A DNA stretch of 24,000 nt, taken from positions 74,065 through 98,064 of the forward strand of contig NZ_QEII01000240.1 in NCBI RefSeq assembly GCF_003347515.1, written 5' to 3'. A model generated the notes under the pieces. It saw only the letters and a list, made by a program, of their open reading frames with translations. It did no database searches and was not told the DNA's origin. Made by a program: the position numbers and the translations under genes. Positions 1 through 8,450 of the stretch are shown here, piece by piece (within the stretch, counting starts at the first letter, position 1; each line of letters starts with the position of its first letter). The DNA is from Rhodoferax ferrireducens. GTDB lineage: Bacteria > Pseudomonadota > Gammaproteobacteria > Burkholderiales > Burkholderiaceae_C.

Positions 1-740
1 CCAAGGTAAAACTCCTTTACGTCCTCATTCTCCCGCAGCGAAGCGGCTTCGCCGTCCATCACGATGCGCCCGTTCTCGAGGATGTAGCCGTAGTCCGAGT
101 AGCGCAACGCCATGTTGGTGTTCTGCTCGGCGAGCAGGAAGGTCACACGCTCCTTGGCGTTCAAGTCCTTGACGATCTCGAATACCTCTTCGACGATCTG
201 CGGCGCCAAGCCCATCGACGGCTCGTCGAGCAACATCATCTTAGGGTTCGCCATCAGCGCGCGGCCGATGGCGCACATCTGCTGCTCGCCGCCCGAGGTG
301 TAGGCGGCCTGCGAGGTGCGGCGCATTTTCAGGCGCGGAAAGTAGGCGTAGACCTTCTCCAGTGTCGCCGCTACTGCGGCGCGTCCGTCGCGGCGAGTGT
401 AGGCACCGGTCATCAGATTGTCCTCTATAGTCAGGTGGGCGAAACAGCGGCGACCTTCCATCACCTGGATCACGCCACGCTCGACCATGTCGGACGCGCT
501 CAAGCGTTCGATGCGTTCGCCGCGCAACTCGATGCGGCCCTTGGTCACCGCGCCGCGTTCGCCGGCCAGCAGGTTGCTCACCGCGCGTAGCGTGGTCGTC
601 TTGCCCGCCCCGTTGCCACCCATCAACGCGACGATGCGGCCCTCAGGCACCTCCAGCGACACGCCCTTCAGTACGAGGATCACGTGGTTGTAGATGACCT
701 CGATGCCGTTGACGTTGAGAAGGATGTTTTTGGAGTCCAT
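1..740 (-). CDS. ABC transporter ATP-binding protein, LivF type (N-terminal ~246 codons; 3' end runs off the left edge of the window)
   Basis: Absent from the supplied ORF track because it is open at the window edge. The reverse complement from ATG at 740..738 reads MDSKNILLNVNGIEVIYNHV. Further on I read Walker A GGNGAGKTT, ABC signature SGGEQQM and Walker B MLLDEPS. It is the last gene of a co-directional Liv-type cluster. Confidence 0.85.
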   Translation of the reverse strand, partial: MDSKNILLNVNGIEVIYNHVILVLKGVSLEVPEGRIVALMGGNGAGKTTTLRAVSNLLAGERGAVTKGRIELRGERIERLSASDMVERGVIQVMEGRRCFAHLTIEDNLMTGAYTRRDGRAAVAATLEKVYAYFPRLKMRRTSQAAYTSGGEQQMCAIGRALMANPKMMLLDEPSMGLAPQIVEEVFEIVKDLNAKERVTFLLAEQNTNMALRYSDYGYILENGRIVMDGEAASLRENEDVKEFYL

Positions 741-797
741 AGATTCTTGCCTTTACCAATCGGCAGCACTGCGCGCAATGCTGGCGGCTGGCCTGTC

Positions 798-818
798 ATT
801 GCGGACTTGATCCGCAAT
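798..818. repeat. Perfect 8-bp inverted repeat with a 5-nt loop (ATTGCGGA cttga TCCGCAAT) in the intercistronic gap
   Basis: Read directly from the sequence. It lies between the stop of the binding-protein gene (902) and the LivF-type start (740). Confidence 0.4.
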
Positions 819-848
819 CCATGACGGCGCTCCTGCACTCCACCATGG

Positions 849-869
849 ATGCCGGATCTGATCCGACAT
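849..869. repeat. 9-bp imperfect inverted repeat (ATGCCGGAT ctg ATCCGACAT, one mismatch) in the same gap
   Basis: Read directly from the sequence. It is the second stem-loop in the 161-nt intercistronic spacer. Confidence 0.3.
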
Positions 870-901
870 GACAGTTAAAAAGCCCAGGATGGCAGGTCGA
901 G

Positions 902-2215
902 TCAGGACTGGCAGTCTGCGCCCGAACGACGGGCCAGCTTCTTGTTGTCAGCGTACTTGTCGGCCGATGCCTTTACCAGCGGGTTGAGAATCGACATGTC
1001 GGCCTGCAACCACCCCGAACTCAGTTGCCACTTCGTACCGTTCCAGGTGTAGGCCCGGGCCGCCGAAGGGCCCATGTGGTCCTTGCACGAAGTGATCACC
1101 GGCCGCATGACGTCCGCGATGCCCAGCGCGTCGATCTTATTCTGGTCGAGCGACATGTTCTCGTAGCCCCAGCGCGCCTGCGCGGCGGTCATGACCTGCC
1201 CCTTGCCGAACCGCTCCTGCGCGCGGCGCACGCCTTCCACCGCCATCATGGCGTTCATCAGGCCACGCATGTACAGCGCTTCGCCCACTTCCCCTTTCGG
1301 ACCGGTGCCCTGACCTTTGTCGTGCAGCTCGGCGAGGATTTCCTTGGCGATCCGGGAGTCGGCCCCCGGGCCGGGAAGCAGCAGCACGGCGCTGTAGCCT
1401 TCTGCCCCGCTCACGCCTTTGACGTCCGATTCTGATCCCGAAGGCCACACGCCGACTATCTGGGTACGTGGGTAGCCAGTGGCCTGGGCTTCCTTCAGTG
1501 CGGTACTGTTCATGATGCCCCAGCCCCACAGCAGCACAAAGTCGGGGCGACTTTGGCGAATCTGTAGCCAAGCTGACTTCTGGTCTACGCCGGGGTGCGT
1601 GACCGGGATCGTCGCAAGGTCGAAGTCGTGCATTTTCGAGCGCGTCGCGAGGATGGTGATCGCCTCCTTGCCGTAGGGGCTATCGTGGTAGAGCAGCGTG
1701 ATCTTCTTGCCCTTGAGCTTGTCCATTCCCCCCAGCTTGCTCGCGACGTACTGCAACTGTGTATCGGCCGACGCCCAATGGCTGCCGGCCAGCGGAAAGC
1801 TCCACTTGAACACTTCACCGTCTGCACTTTCGCTCAGGCCGTAGCCCGGCGTCAGAATCGGGATGCGGTCGGCGGCACCCCTCTCGGTTAGCGCGAACGT
1901 GATGCCCGTAGACATCGTCTGGAACACGGTCGCGCCGCCGTGCTTGCCCTTCAGGCGCTCATAGCACTCCACGCCGCGATCAGTTGCGTAGCTGGTCTCG
2001 CACTCCTCCCATAGCACCTTGACGCCATTGATGCCGCCACTCAGGTTCACCAGCTTGAAGTAGTCGACAAAGCCGTTAGCCCATGGCACGCCACTAGGCG
2101 CGTAGGCGCCTGTGCGGAAGGTCAGCAGCGGGAAGAATTGCTCCTTGGCTTGGGCGAATGCCGTGATCCCCGCGGAAGCTAAGCAGGTGGCTAAAGCAAT
2201 ATTACGCAGTTTCAT
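902..2215 (-). CDS. Periplasmic substrate-binding protein of the Liv-type ABC importer (type I PBP, Leu/Ile/Val-binding-like family)
   Basis: ORF 902..2263. I prefer the internal ATG at 2215, which gives MKLRNIALATCLASAGITAFAQA, a typical Sec signal peptide, and is preceded by AGGAG. Family assignment rests on context (adjacent LivH/M/G/F-type genes) and size. Confidence 0.8.
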   Translation of the reverse strand: MKLRNIALATCLASAGITAFAQAKEQFFPLLTFRTGAYAPSGVPWANGFVDYFKLVNLSGGINGVKVLWEECETSYATDRGVECYERLKGKHGGATVFQTMSTGITFALTERGAADRIPILTPGYGLSESADGEVFKWSFPLAGSHWASADTQLQYVASKLGGMDKLKGKKITLLYHDSPYGKEAITILATRSKMHDFDLATIPVTHPGVDQKSAWLQIRQSRPDFVLLWGWGIMNSTALKEAQATGYPRTQIVGVWPSGSESDVKGVSGAEGYSAVLLLPGPGADSRIAKEILAELHDKGQGTGPKGEVGEALYMRGLMNAMMAVEGVRRAQERFGKGQVMTAAQARWGYENMSLDQNKIDALGIADVMRPVITSCKDHMGPSAARAYTWNGTKWQLSSGWLQADMSILNPLVKASADKYADNKKLARRSGADCQS

Positions 2216-2272
2216 ATGGTCTCCTTCTGTTAAGGCACGGTATGTGCCAGGGTTGCTCAACACAAAAAGTAG

Positions 2273-3349
2273 TCAGTGAGGGAAGGGCCACAGCTGCAGC
2301 TTTTTCTTGCCGATGGACCACAGCTTGGCCAAGCCGTGCGGCTCCACAATCAGGAACCACACAATCAGGCCACCGAAGATCATCAGTTCGGCGTGCGAGA
2401 TGCCTACCGTGGATATCTCGATGCTGACCAGACCGCACAGAAGTGGCAGGAACTGGTTCAGCGCAATGGGCAGCACCACAATGAAGGCAGCACCAAAGAA
2501 GCTGCCCATGATCGAGCCCATGCCGCCGATGATCACCATGAACAGCATCTTGAACGACTGATCCACGGAGAAGGCCGCCGGTTCCCACGCGCCGAGGTAG
2601 ATAAAGCCCCAAAGCGCGCCCGCCACACCGATGATGAACGAGCTGACCGCGAATGCGCTGAGCTTGGCGTACATCGGGCGAATGCCGATCACAGCGGCGG
2701 CGACGTCCATGTCGCGGATGGCCATCCACTCGCGCCCGGTGGCACCGCGCACCAGGTTCTTGGCCAGCAGCGCCACCACCACCAAGATGCCCAGGCAGAA
2801 GAGGTACTTGCTCAGCGCGCTGCCGATGGGCATGCCCAGCACCTGCAGGTTGGACACCGACACCGAGCCCGAGGGCGAGTCGATGGTGAACCACCTGATG
2901 CGCAGAAACATCCAGTCGCTGAAGAACTGCGCGGCCAGCGTGGCCACCGCCAGATACAGGCCCTTGACGCGCAGGCTGGGCAGACCAAACAGGATGCCGA
3001 AGAACGTGGCGCAGAGCCCACCCAGAATCAGCGCCGGAATCAGCGGCATGCCGGGGATGCGCACGAAGAAGTTGTAGGCGCCATAGGCACCCACGGCCAT
3101 GAAGGCACCCGAGCCCAACGATATCTGACCACAATAACCCACCAGAATGTTCACCCCGATCGCCGCCAGAGAAAAGATCAGGAAGGGAATCAGGATGGCT
3201 CGGAACAGGTAGTCGCTAGCGAACATCGGCACGGCCACAAAGGCGACGGCCAGCATCAGCGCGACGGCGATGCGATCCTGGGATATCGGGAATATCTGTT
3301 GGTCATCCCTGTAGTTGGTCTTGAATTGACCATTTTCGCGATAAAACAT
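2273..3349 (-). CDS. ABC transporter permease, LivM type
   Basis: 358-aa polytopic hydrophobic protein. The motif GVNILVGYCGQISLGSGAFMAVGAYGAY resembles the LivM-family core. It is tightly spaced with neighbouring transporter genes. Confidence 0.85.
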   Translation of the reverse strand: MFYRENGQFKTNYRDDQQIFPISQDRIAVALMLAVAFVAVPMFASDYLFRAILIPFLIFSLAAIGVNILVGYCGQISLGSGAFMAVGAYGAYNFFVRIPGMPLIPALILGGLCATFFGILFGLPSLRVKGLYLAVATLAAQFFSDWMFLRIRWFTIDSPSGSVSVSNLQVLGMPIGSALSKYLFCLGILVVVALLAKNLVRGATGREWMAIRDMDVAAAVIGIRPMYAKLSAFAVSSFIIGVAGALWGFIYLGAWEPAAFSVDQSFKMLFMVIIGGMGSIMGSFFGAAFIVVLPIALNQFLPLLCGLVSIEISTVGISHAELMIFGGLIVWFLIVEPHGLAKLWSIGKKKLQLWPFPH

Positions 3350-3360
3350 GTGGGCCTTTC

Positions 3361-4290
3361 TTAAACGCGGTCAATGATTTTTTCGCCAAACAGCCCTTGC
3401 GGCCGGAACAGCAGGAAAACCAGGGCCAGGACATAGGCAAACCAGATTTCGATGCCGCCGCCGACTAACGGGCCTAGGTACACTTCGGAGAGCTTTTCGC
3501 CCACGCCAATGATCAGGCCGCCGATGATGGCGCCCGGCACCGAGGTCAGGCCACCCAGCATCACGACCGGCAGCGCGCGCAACGCCACGGTTGTCAGCGA
3601 AAACTGCACGCCCAGCTTGGAGCCCCAGATCATCCCGGCCACCAAAGCCACCACGCCGGCCACGCACCACACGATCACCCAGATGCGATTGAGCGGAATG
3701 CCGATAGACTGCGCCGCCTGGTGGTCATCCGCCACGGCACGCAGCGCGCGGCCCGTGGACGTCTTCTGGAAGAAGAGGCTCAACACCACCACCAGCGCCG
3801 CCGCGATGGCCGCGGCGATCACGTCTTCCTTGTTGACCAGTACGCCGCCTTGGAACACCGATTCAAGCGCGAAGATGGGTTCCTTGGGCATGCCGATGTC
3901 GATCTTGTAGATGTCGCTGCCAAACAGGGTCTGGCCCAGGCCTTCCATGAAATAGGCGATGCCCAGCGTCGCCATGAGCAGCGTCGCCCCCTCTTGGTTG
4001 ACGAGGTGGCGCAGCACCAAACGCTCGATCAGCCAGGCAACCGCGAACATGATGGCGCCGGCTATCACGAAGGAGATGATATTGACGACCACGGCGCTTT
4101 CGATGCCGGTCCACGTCGGAATCCACTCGGCAAAGCGGGCCATCGCCAGCGCCGCGAACAGCACCATCGCCCCTTGGGCGAAGTTGAACACACCCGATGC
4201 CTTGAAGATCAGCGCGAAGCCGAGCGCCACCAGCGAATACAGCATGCCGGCCATCAGGCCGCCAGTCAGTGTTTCGAGAAAAAATACCAT
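3361..4290 (-). CDS. ABC transporter permease, LivH type
   Basis: 309-aa polytopic membrane protein. The N-terminus LYSLVALGFALIFKASGVFNFAQGAM is LivH-like. Confidence 0.85.
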   Translation of the reverse strand: MVFFLETLTGGLMAGMLYSLVALGFALIFKASGVFNFAQGAMVLFAALAMARFAEWIPTWTGIESAVVVNIISFVIAGAIMFAVAWLIERLVLRHLVNQEGATLLMATLGIAYFMEGLGQTLFGSDIYKIDIGMPKEPIFALESVFQGGVLVNKEDVIAAAIAAALVVVLSLFFQKTSTGRALRAVADDHQAAQSIGIPLNRIWVIVWCVAGVVALVAGMIWGSKLGVQFSLTTVALRALPVVMLGGLTSVPGAIIGGLIIGVGEKLSEVYLGPLVGGGIEIWFAYVLALVFLLFRPQGLFGEKIIDRV

Positions 4291-4309
4291 TTTGTTTGTC
4301 TCCCGACGC

Positions 4310-5092
4310 TCAATGGTTAGTGCCCAGATAGGCGCTGATCACTTCTTCGTTGTTGCGTACTTCGTCCGGCGTGCCATCGCCAATCTTTTTGCCGTAATCC
4401 AGCACCACGACGCGGTCGGAAATATCCATCACCACGCCCATGTCATGCTCGATCAGTACAACGGTGGTGCCGAACTCCTGGTTCACGTCCAGCACGAAGC
4501 GGCACATGTCCTGCTTTTCTTCCACGTTCATGCCGGCCATGGGTTCGTCCAGCAGCAGCACCTGCGGCTCCATGGCCAGCGCGCGGCCCAGGTCAACGCG
4601 CTTTTGCAGGCCGTAGGGCAGCTGGCCGACAGGCGTCTTGCGGTAGGCCTGGATTTCCAGGAAGTCGATGATGTGTTCAACCGCTTCGCGGTGCATTTCT
4701 TCTTCGCGCTGGGCCGGGCCGATGCGCAGCGCCTGCCACAGCAGATTGCTTTTAATCTTGAGGTTGCGCCCGGTCATGATGTTGTCGATCACGCTCATGC
4801 CCTTGAACAGCGCCAGATTCTGGAAGGTGCGCCCGATGCCCATCACCGCGACCTGGTGGCTGTCCATATGGCTGAAGGTTTTGCCGCGAAAGGTGATGGA
4901 GCCTTGCTGCGGCGTGTAGACCCCGTTGATGCAATTGAGCATGGAGCTCTTGCCGGCGCCGTTGGGGCCAATGATGGCCCGCACCTCGTGCTCGCGCACA
5001 TTGAATGAAATGTCGGTCAGCGCCTTGACGCCGCCGAAACTCAAAGAGATGTTCTTGACGTCAAGAATGACGTCGTCGATGTTTTTGCTCAT
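4310..5092 (-). CDS. ABC transporter ATP-binding protein, LivG type
   Basis: 260 aa with Walker A GPNGAGKSS, Walker B LLLDEPMAG and an H-loop IEHDM. The LivG-like N-terminus reads LDVKNISLSFGGVKALTDISF. Confidence 0.9.
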   Translation of the reverse strand: MSKNIDDVILDVKNISLSFGGVKALTDISFNVREHEVRAIIGPNGAGKSSMLNCINGVYTPQQGSITFRGKTFSHMDSHQVAVMGIGRTFQNLALFKGMSVIDNIMTGRNLKIKSNLLWQALRIGPAQREEEMHREAVEHIIDFLEIQAYRKTPVGQLPYGLQKRVDLGRALAMEPQVLLLDEPMAGMNVEEKQDMCRFVLDVNQEFGTTVVLIEHDMGVVMDISDRVVVLDYGKKIGDGTPDEVRNNEEVISAYLGTNH

Positions 5093-5109
5093 GATACTTA
5101 CGTCATTTC

Positions 5110-7056
5110 TCAGGCGGCTGCTTTCACAGGGGCAAAGGTCTTCGCATCGGAAATCTTCAGGGTCGCCCTCACGCTGCCGGAGCGTCCGTCCTCGAACTTC
5201 ACAACGGTCTCGATGAACTGCTCGATCTTGCCGCCATAGAGTGCATCGACCAGCGGCTGGTATTTCTCGGCGATGAAGCCGCGCCGTACCTTGTTGGTGC
5301 GGGTCAATTCGCCGTCGTCTGCGTCCAGTTCCTTGTGCAGCACCAGGAAGCGGCTGATCTGGCTGCCGGCCAGCAGCGCATCGCGGCTGAGGTCGGCGTT
5401 GACCTTTTCCACGCAGTCCTGGATGAGCTGGTACACCTCGGGCTTCTGCGCCAGATCGGTGTAGCCGGCGTAAGGCAGGTTGCGGCGCTCGGCCCAGTTG
5501 CCCACGGCGTCGAAGTCAATGTTGATCATCACGCAGACCTTCTCGCGCTGGTCGCCGTAGGCGACGACCTCCTTGATGTGCGGGAAGAACTTGAGCTTGT
5601 TCTCCACGTACTTGGGCGCGAACATGGCCGCGTCAAAGGCGCCGCCCCTGATGCGGCCGACGTCTTTGACGCGGTCGATGATCTTGAGGTGACCGTGCGC
5701 GTCGATGAAGCCAGCGTCGCTGGTGTGATACCAGCCGTCGGCGGTCAGCACCTCGGCCGTGGCTGCGGGGTTCTTGTAGTATTCCTTGAGCAGGCCGGGC
5801 GACTTGACGAGAATCTCGCCGTTGTCGGCCACCTTGATCTCAACGCCTTTGCAAGGAATGCCTACCGTGTCGGCGCGCGCCTCATGGTCACGCTGCAGGC
5901 AGACGAACACAGCGGTCTCGGTGGAACCGTAGAGTTGCTTGAGGTTGATGCCGATGGAGCGGTAGAAGCTGAACAGGTCCGGGCCGATGGCCTCGCCGGC
6001 CGTGTAGGCCACGCGCACGCGACTCATGCCAAGGTTGTTGCGCAAGGGGCCATAGACCAGCAAGTTGCCCAGGGCATAAAGAACAGTGTTGAGCAGGCCG
6101 ATGGATTGGCCGCTCATGCGCGCCGGGCCGACGCGATGCGCCAGATCCATGAAGTAATCGAACATACGGCGCTTCGGGCGGGAAGCATCTTCCATGCGGA
6201 TCATCACGCTGGTCAGCAGCCCCTCGAACACGCGCGGCGGCGCAAAGTAGTAGGTAGGCCCCACTTCCTTGAGATCGATCGTGACCGTGCTGGACGATTC
6301 CGGGCAATTGACCACATAGCCGCAAACCAGCCACTGCGCATAGCTGAAGATGTTCTGGCCGATCCAAGCTGGCGGCAAATAGGCCAGCACTTCTTCCGAA
6401 TCACGAAGGTGGTCGAACTCGGCGCCGGCCTGAGCTCGGTTGATTAGCGTGTCATGGGTATGCACCACGCCTTTGGGGTTGCCCGTGGTGCCCGAGGTGA
6501 AGAACATGGCAGCCACATCGCCGGGCTGCACTTTCTCCATCTTCTGGCGGAAAAAGTCCGGGTGCTGCTGCGCAAACACCTTGCCTGCGGCAACCAGTTC
6601 GTCCAGCGAGCCCAGGCCGTTCTCGACGTAATTGCGCAGACCGCGCGGATCGTCGTACCAGATGTGCGTGAGCTGGGGGCACTGCTCGCGCACCTCCAGC
6701 ATCTTGTCGACCTGTTCCTGGTCCTCCACCAGGGCAAAGCGCACCTCGGCGTTGGTAATGGGGAACAGACACTCGGCCGCCACCGCGTCCTGGTACAGCG
6801 GCACGGGCACCGCGCCCAGCGATTGCGCTGCCAGCATGGTAGCGTTCAGGCGCGGGCGGTTGGCGCCAATGATGATCATGTGTTCGCCGCGCTGCAGGCC
6901 AGCCTGGTGCAGGCCGCAGGCCATATGCTCCACAAGTTGCGCCATGTCGGCCCAACTGTGGGCTTGCCAAATGCCATATTCTTTTTCACGCATCGCGGGC
7001 GCGCTGGCGCGCTCAGCGGCTTGTTTAAGCAGCAGGCGCGGGAAGGTCGTTTGCAT
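5110..7056 (-). CDS. AMP-dependent acyl-CoA synthetase/ligase (long 648-aa FAA1/COG1022-like form commonly linked to Liv-type importers)
   Basis: AMP-binding motif [18 protein letters not shown], then YGSTE, then GWYHTSDAGFIDAHGHLKIIDRVKD. It sits between the mutase module and the transporter genes. Confidence 0.85.
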   Translation of the reverse strand: MQTTFPRLLLKQAAERASAPAMREKEYGIWQAHSWADMAQLVEHMACGLHQAGLQRGEHMIIIGANRPRLNATMLAAQSLGAVPVPLYQDAVAAECLFPITNAEVRFALVEDQEQVDKMLEVREQCPQLTHIWYDDPRGLRNYVENGLGSLDELVAAGKVFAQQHPDFFRQKMEKVQPGDVAAMFFTSGTTGNPKGVVHTHDTLINRAQAGAEFDHLRDSEEVLAYLPPAWIGQNIFSYAQWLVCGYVVNCPESSSTVTIDLKEVGPTYYFAPPRVFEGLLTSVMIRMEDASRPKRRMFDYFMDLAHRVGPARMSGQSIGLLNTVLYALGNLLVYGPLRNNLGMSRVRVAYTAGEAIGPDLFSFYRSIGINLKQLYGSTETAVFVCLQRDHEARADTVGIPCKGVEIKVADNGEILVKSPGLLKEYYKNPAATAEVLTADGWYHTSDAGFIDAHGHLKIIDRVKDVGRIRGGAFDAAMFAPKYVENKLKFFPHIKEVVAYGDQREKVCVMINIDFDAVGNWAERRNLPYAGYTDLAQKPEVYQLIQDCVEKVNADLSRDALLAGSQISRFLVLHKELDADDGELTRTNKVRRGFIAEKYQPLVDALYGGKIEQFIETVVKFEDGRSGSVRATLKISDAKTFAPVKAAA

Positions 7057-7106
7057 GAAGGTTTCTTATCCAAAAGTCATCATCAAGCGTCTCCACCATG
7101 CCGTCT

Positions 7107-8450
7107 TCAGTCCTTGGCGGTTCGATAAACATCGGGAACGGCCGCGCCGTTCGCCAGACCATTTGTCACGGCCCCGGTCTGGCGTTTTGCCTGGGGCTCC
7201 TGCCTGATGTAGACAGTCCCAGTAAAGCTCGACACGGGGGTCTCCTCACCGCCAGATTCCACTCGCGCAACGTCGACTCTGTACATGCCTATTCGATGAC
7301 TGCGCATGAGCTCGGTTGCCCGGGCAACAAGGTTCTCGCCAGCCCGTATCCCGACCTGAAACGTGATGTGGGCGTCGATGCCCATCGCCAATGCACCGTG
7401 TGAATTGGAGGCCAGGCCGAATGCGGTGTCTGCCAAGGAAAAAATCGCACCCCCATGACAGCCACCATTGAAGTTCATATGTCGGGCATCAACGGTCATG
7501 CGCACCACTGCACTCCCTGGCCCGCCTTCGGTCACAGAAATTCCCAACGTTGAACATATCCCATCTCGTTGTGCCAAAGACGACAGGTGCGCCAACCAAC
7601 GCTCGGCATCTGGGCTCTGGGTATCGGAGGAGCCCGACATTTGCGTGGCTTTATTGGTATTTGTCGTGAGCCGACGACCAGTACCAACTACGGCCGCATG
7701 TTCTTCAATCGCAGCAACGAGCTCGGAAACTCCCTTCGATTCCGCTCCGCTCACGACCATCACCTTGGGTATCCATGCACCGTTCGTGGCCGCTCGGCGC
7801 AGCGTCAACATCTCTCGCATGTCACGAGCCGTCTCTTCGGCCAGTGGCAGGTCGCCCTTGCTAACCGCGAGCAAATCTGCAATCTCGAGGATGCCCGCCT
7901 TGATTGCCTGCACGTCATCCCCCAGTCCCGGAGGACAAACAACTACGCGGGTGTCCGCCAGTGAGGTAATGGCGGTTTCAGACTGACCGGCACCAACGGT
8001 CTCCACGATCACTCTGTCGAATCCCGCCGCATCAAAGCAGTCGACCGCAGCACGTGCCGTACGAGACAGGCCACCCAGTTGACCACGGGCTGAAAGCGAG
8101 CGTATGAAGCAGTTCGGGTGGGCGCCATGTTCCCCCATCCGGATTCGGTCGCCCAGCACAGCGCCGCCGCTGACCGGACTCGATGGGTCGACCGCAATCA
8201 CGGCCACGCGCAACTTGCGGGCAAGCCAAATACCCATCAAGGCATTGACCAGGGTAGATTTGCCACCACCCGGCACGCCTGTGACGCCAACCACGAGCGC
8301 ACGACCGGCGTGCGAGGACAGGAGTTCAGTGACCTCCTGGCTACCTGGCGCGCCATCGTCAAGACAGGTCAACACACGCGCGATCGCCCGACGCTCACCC
8401 GACAGCACGCGGGCAAGCAGTGCCTGACGGCTTGTTTCTGACGACAGCAT
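7107..8450 (-). CDS. meaB: Fusion protein: MeaB/ArgK-type G3E GTPase (B12-mutase chaperone) N-terminal domain plus PaaI-type hotdog acyl-CoA thioesterase C-terminal domain
   Basis: ORF 7107..8504. The ATG at 8450 overlaps the mutase stop by one base (TGATG).

GTPase part (about 7689-8450): P-loop GVPGGGKS (8256-8279), DPSSPVSGGAVLGDRIRM, VETVGAGQSE and a G4-like SKGD (7851-7862).

The linker is Thr/Ser/Asn-rich (about 7605-7688).

Thioesterase part (about 7206-7604): MTVDARHMNFNGGCHGGAIFSLADTAFGLA, close to E. coli PaaI as I remember it. Confidence 0.8.
   Translation of the reverse strand: MLSSETSRQALLARVLSGERRAIARVLTCLDDGAPGSQEVTELLSSHAGRALVVGVTGVPGGGKSTLVNALMGIWLARKLRVAVIAVDPSSPVSGGAVLGDRIRMGEHGAHPNCFIRSLSARGQLGGLSRTARAAVDCFDAAGFDRVIVETVGAGQSETAITSLADTRVVVCPPGLGDDVQAIKAGILEIADLLAVSKGDLPLAEETARDMREMLTLRRAATNGAWIPKVMVVSGAESKGVSELVAAIEEHAAVVGTGRRLTTNTNKATQMSGSSDTQSPDAERWLAHLSSLAQRDGICSTLGISVTEGGPGSAVVRMTVDARHMNFNGGCHGGAIFSLADTAFGLASNSHGALAMGIDAHITFQVGIRAGENLVARATELMRSHRIGMYRVDVARVESGGEETPVSSFTGTVYIRQEPQAKRQTGAVTNGLANGAAVPDVYRTAKD

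Noticed and set aside
112-693. Plus-strand ORFs 112..303 and 418..693 listed in the track at the left edge
   Set aside because: The opposite strand encodes a clear LivF-type ABC ATPase with Walker A, signature and Walker B motifs. The plus-strand ORFs are shadows.
2276-7128. Long plus-strand ORFs (2276..3364, 3959..5008, 5335..6447, 6454..7128 and others) and the nested minus-strand ORF 2202..3134
   Set aside because: All overlap well-supported minus-strand transporter or ligase genes. Their low-complexity H/R/G/A/D-rich translations are characteristic of antisense or off-frame reading in GC-rich genes.
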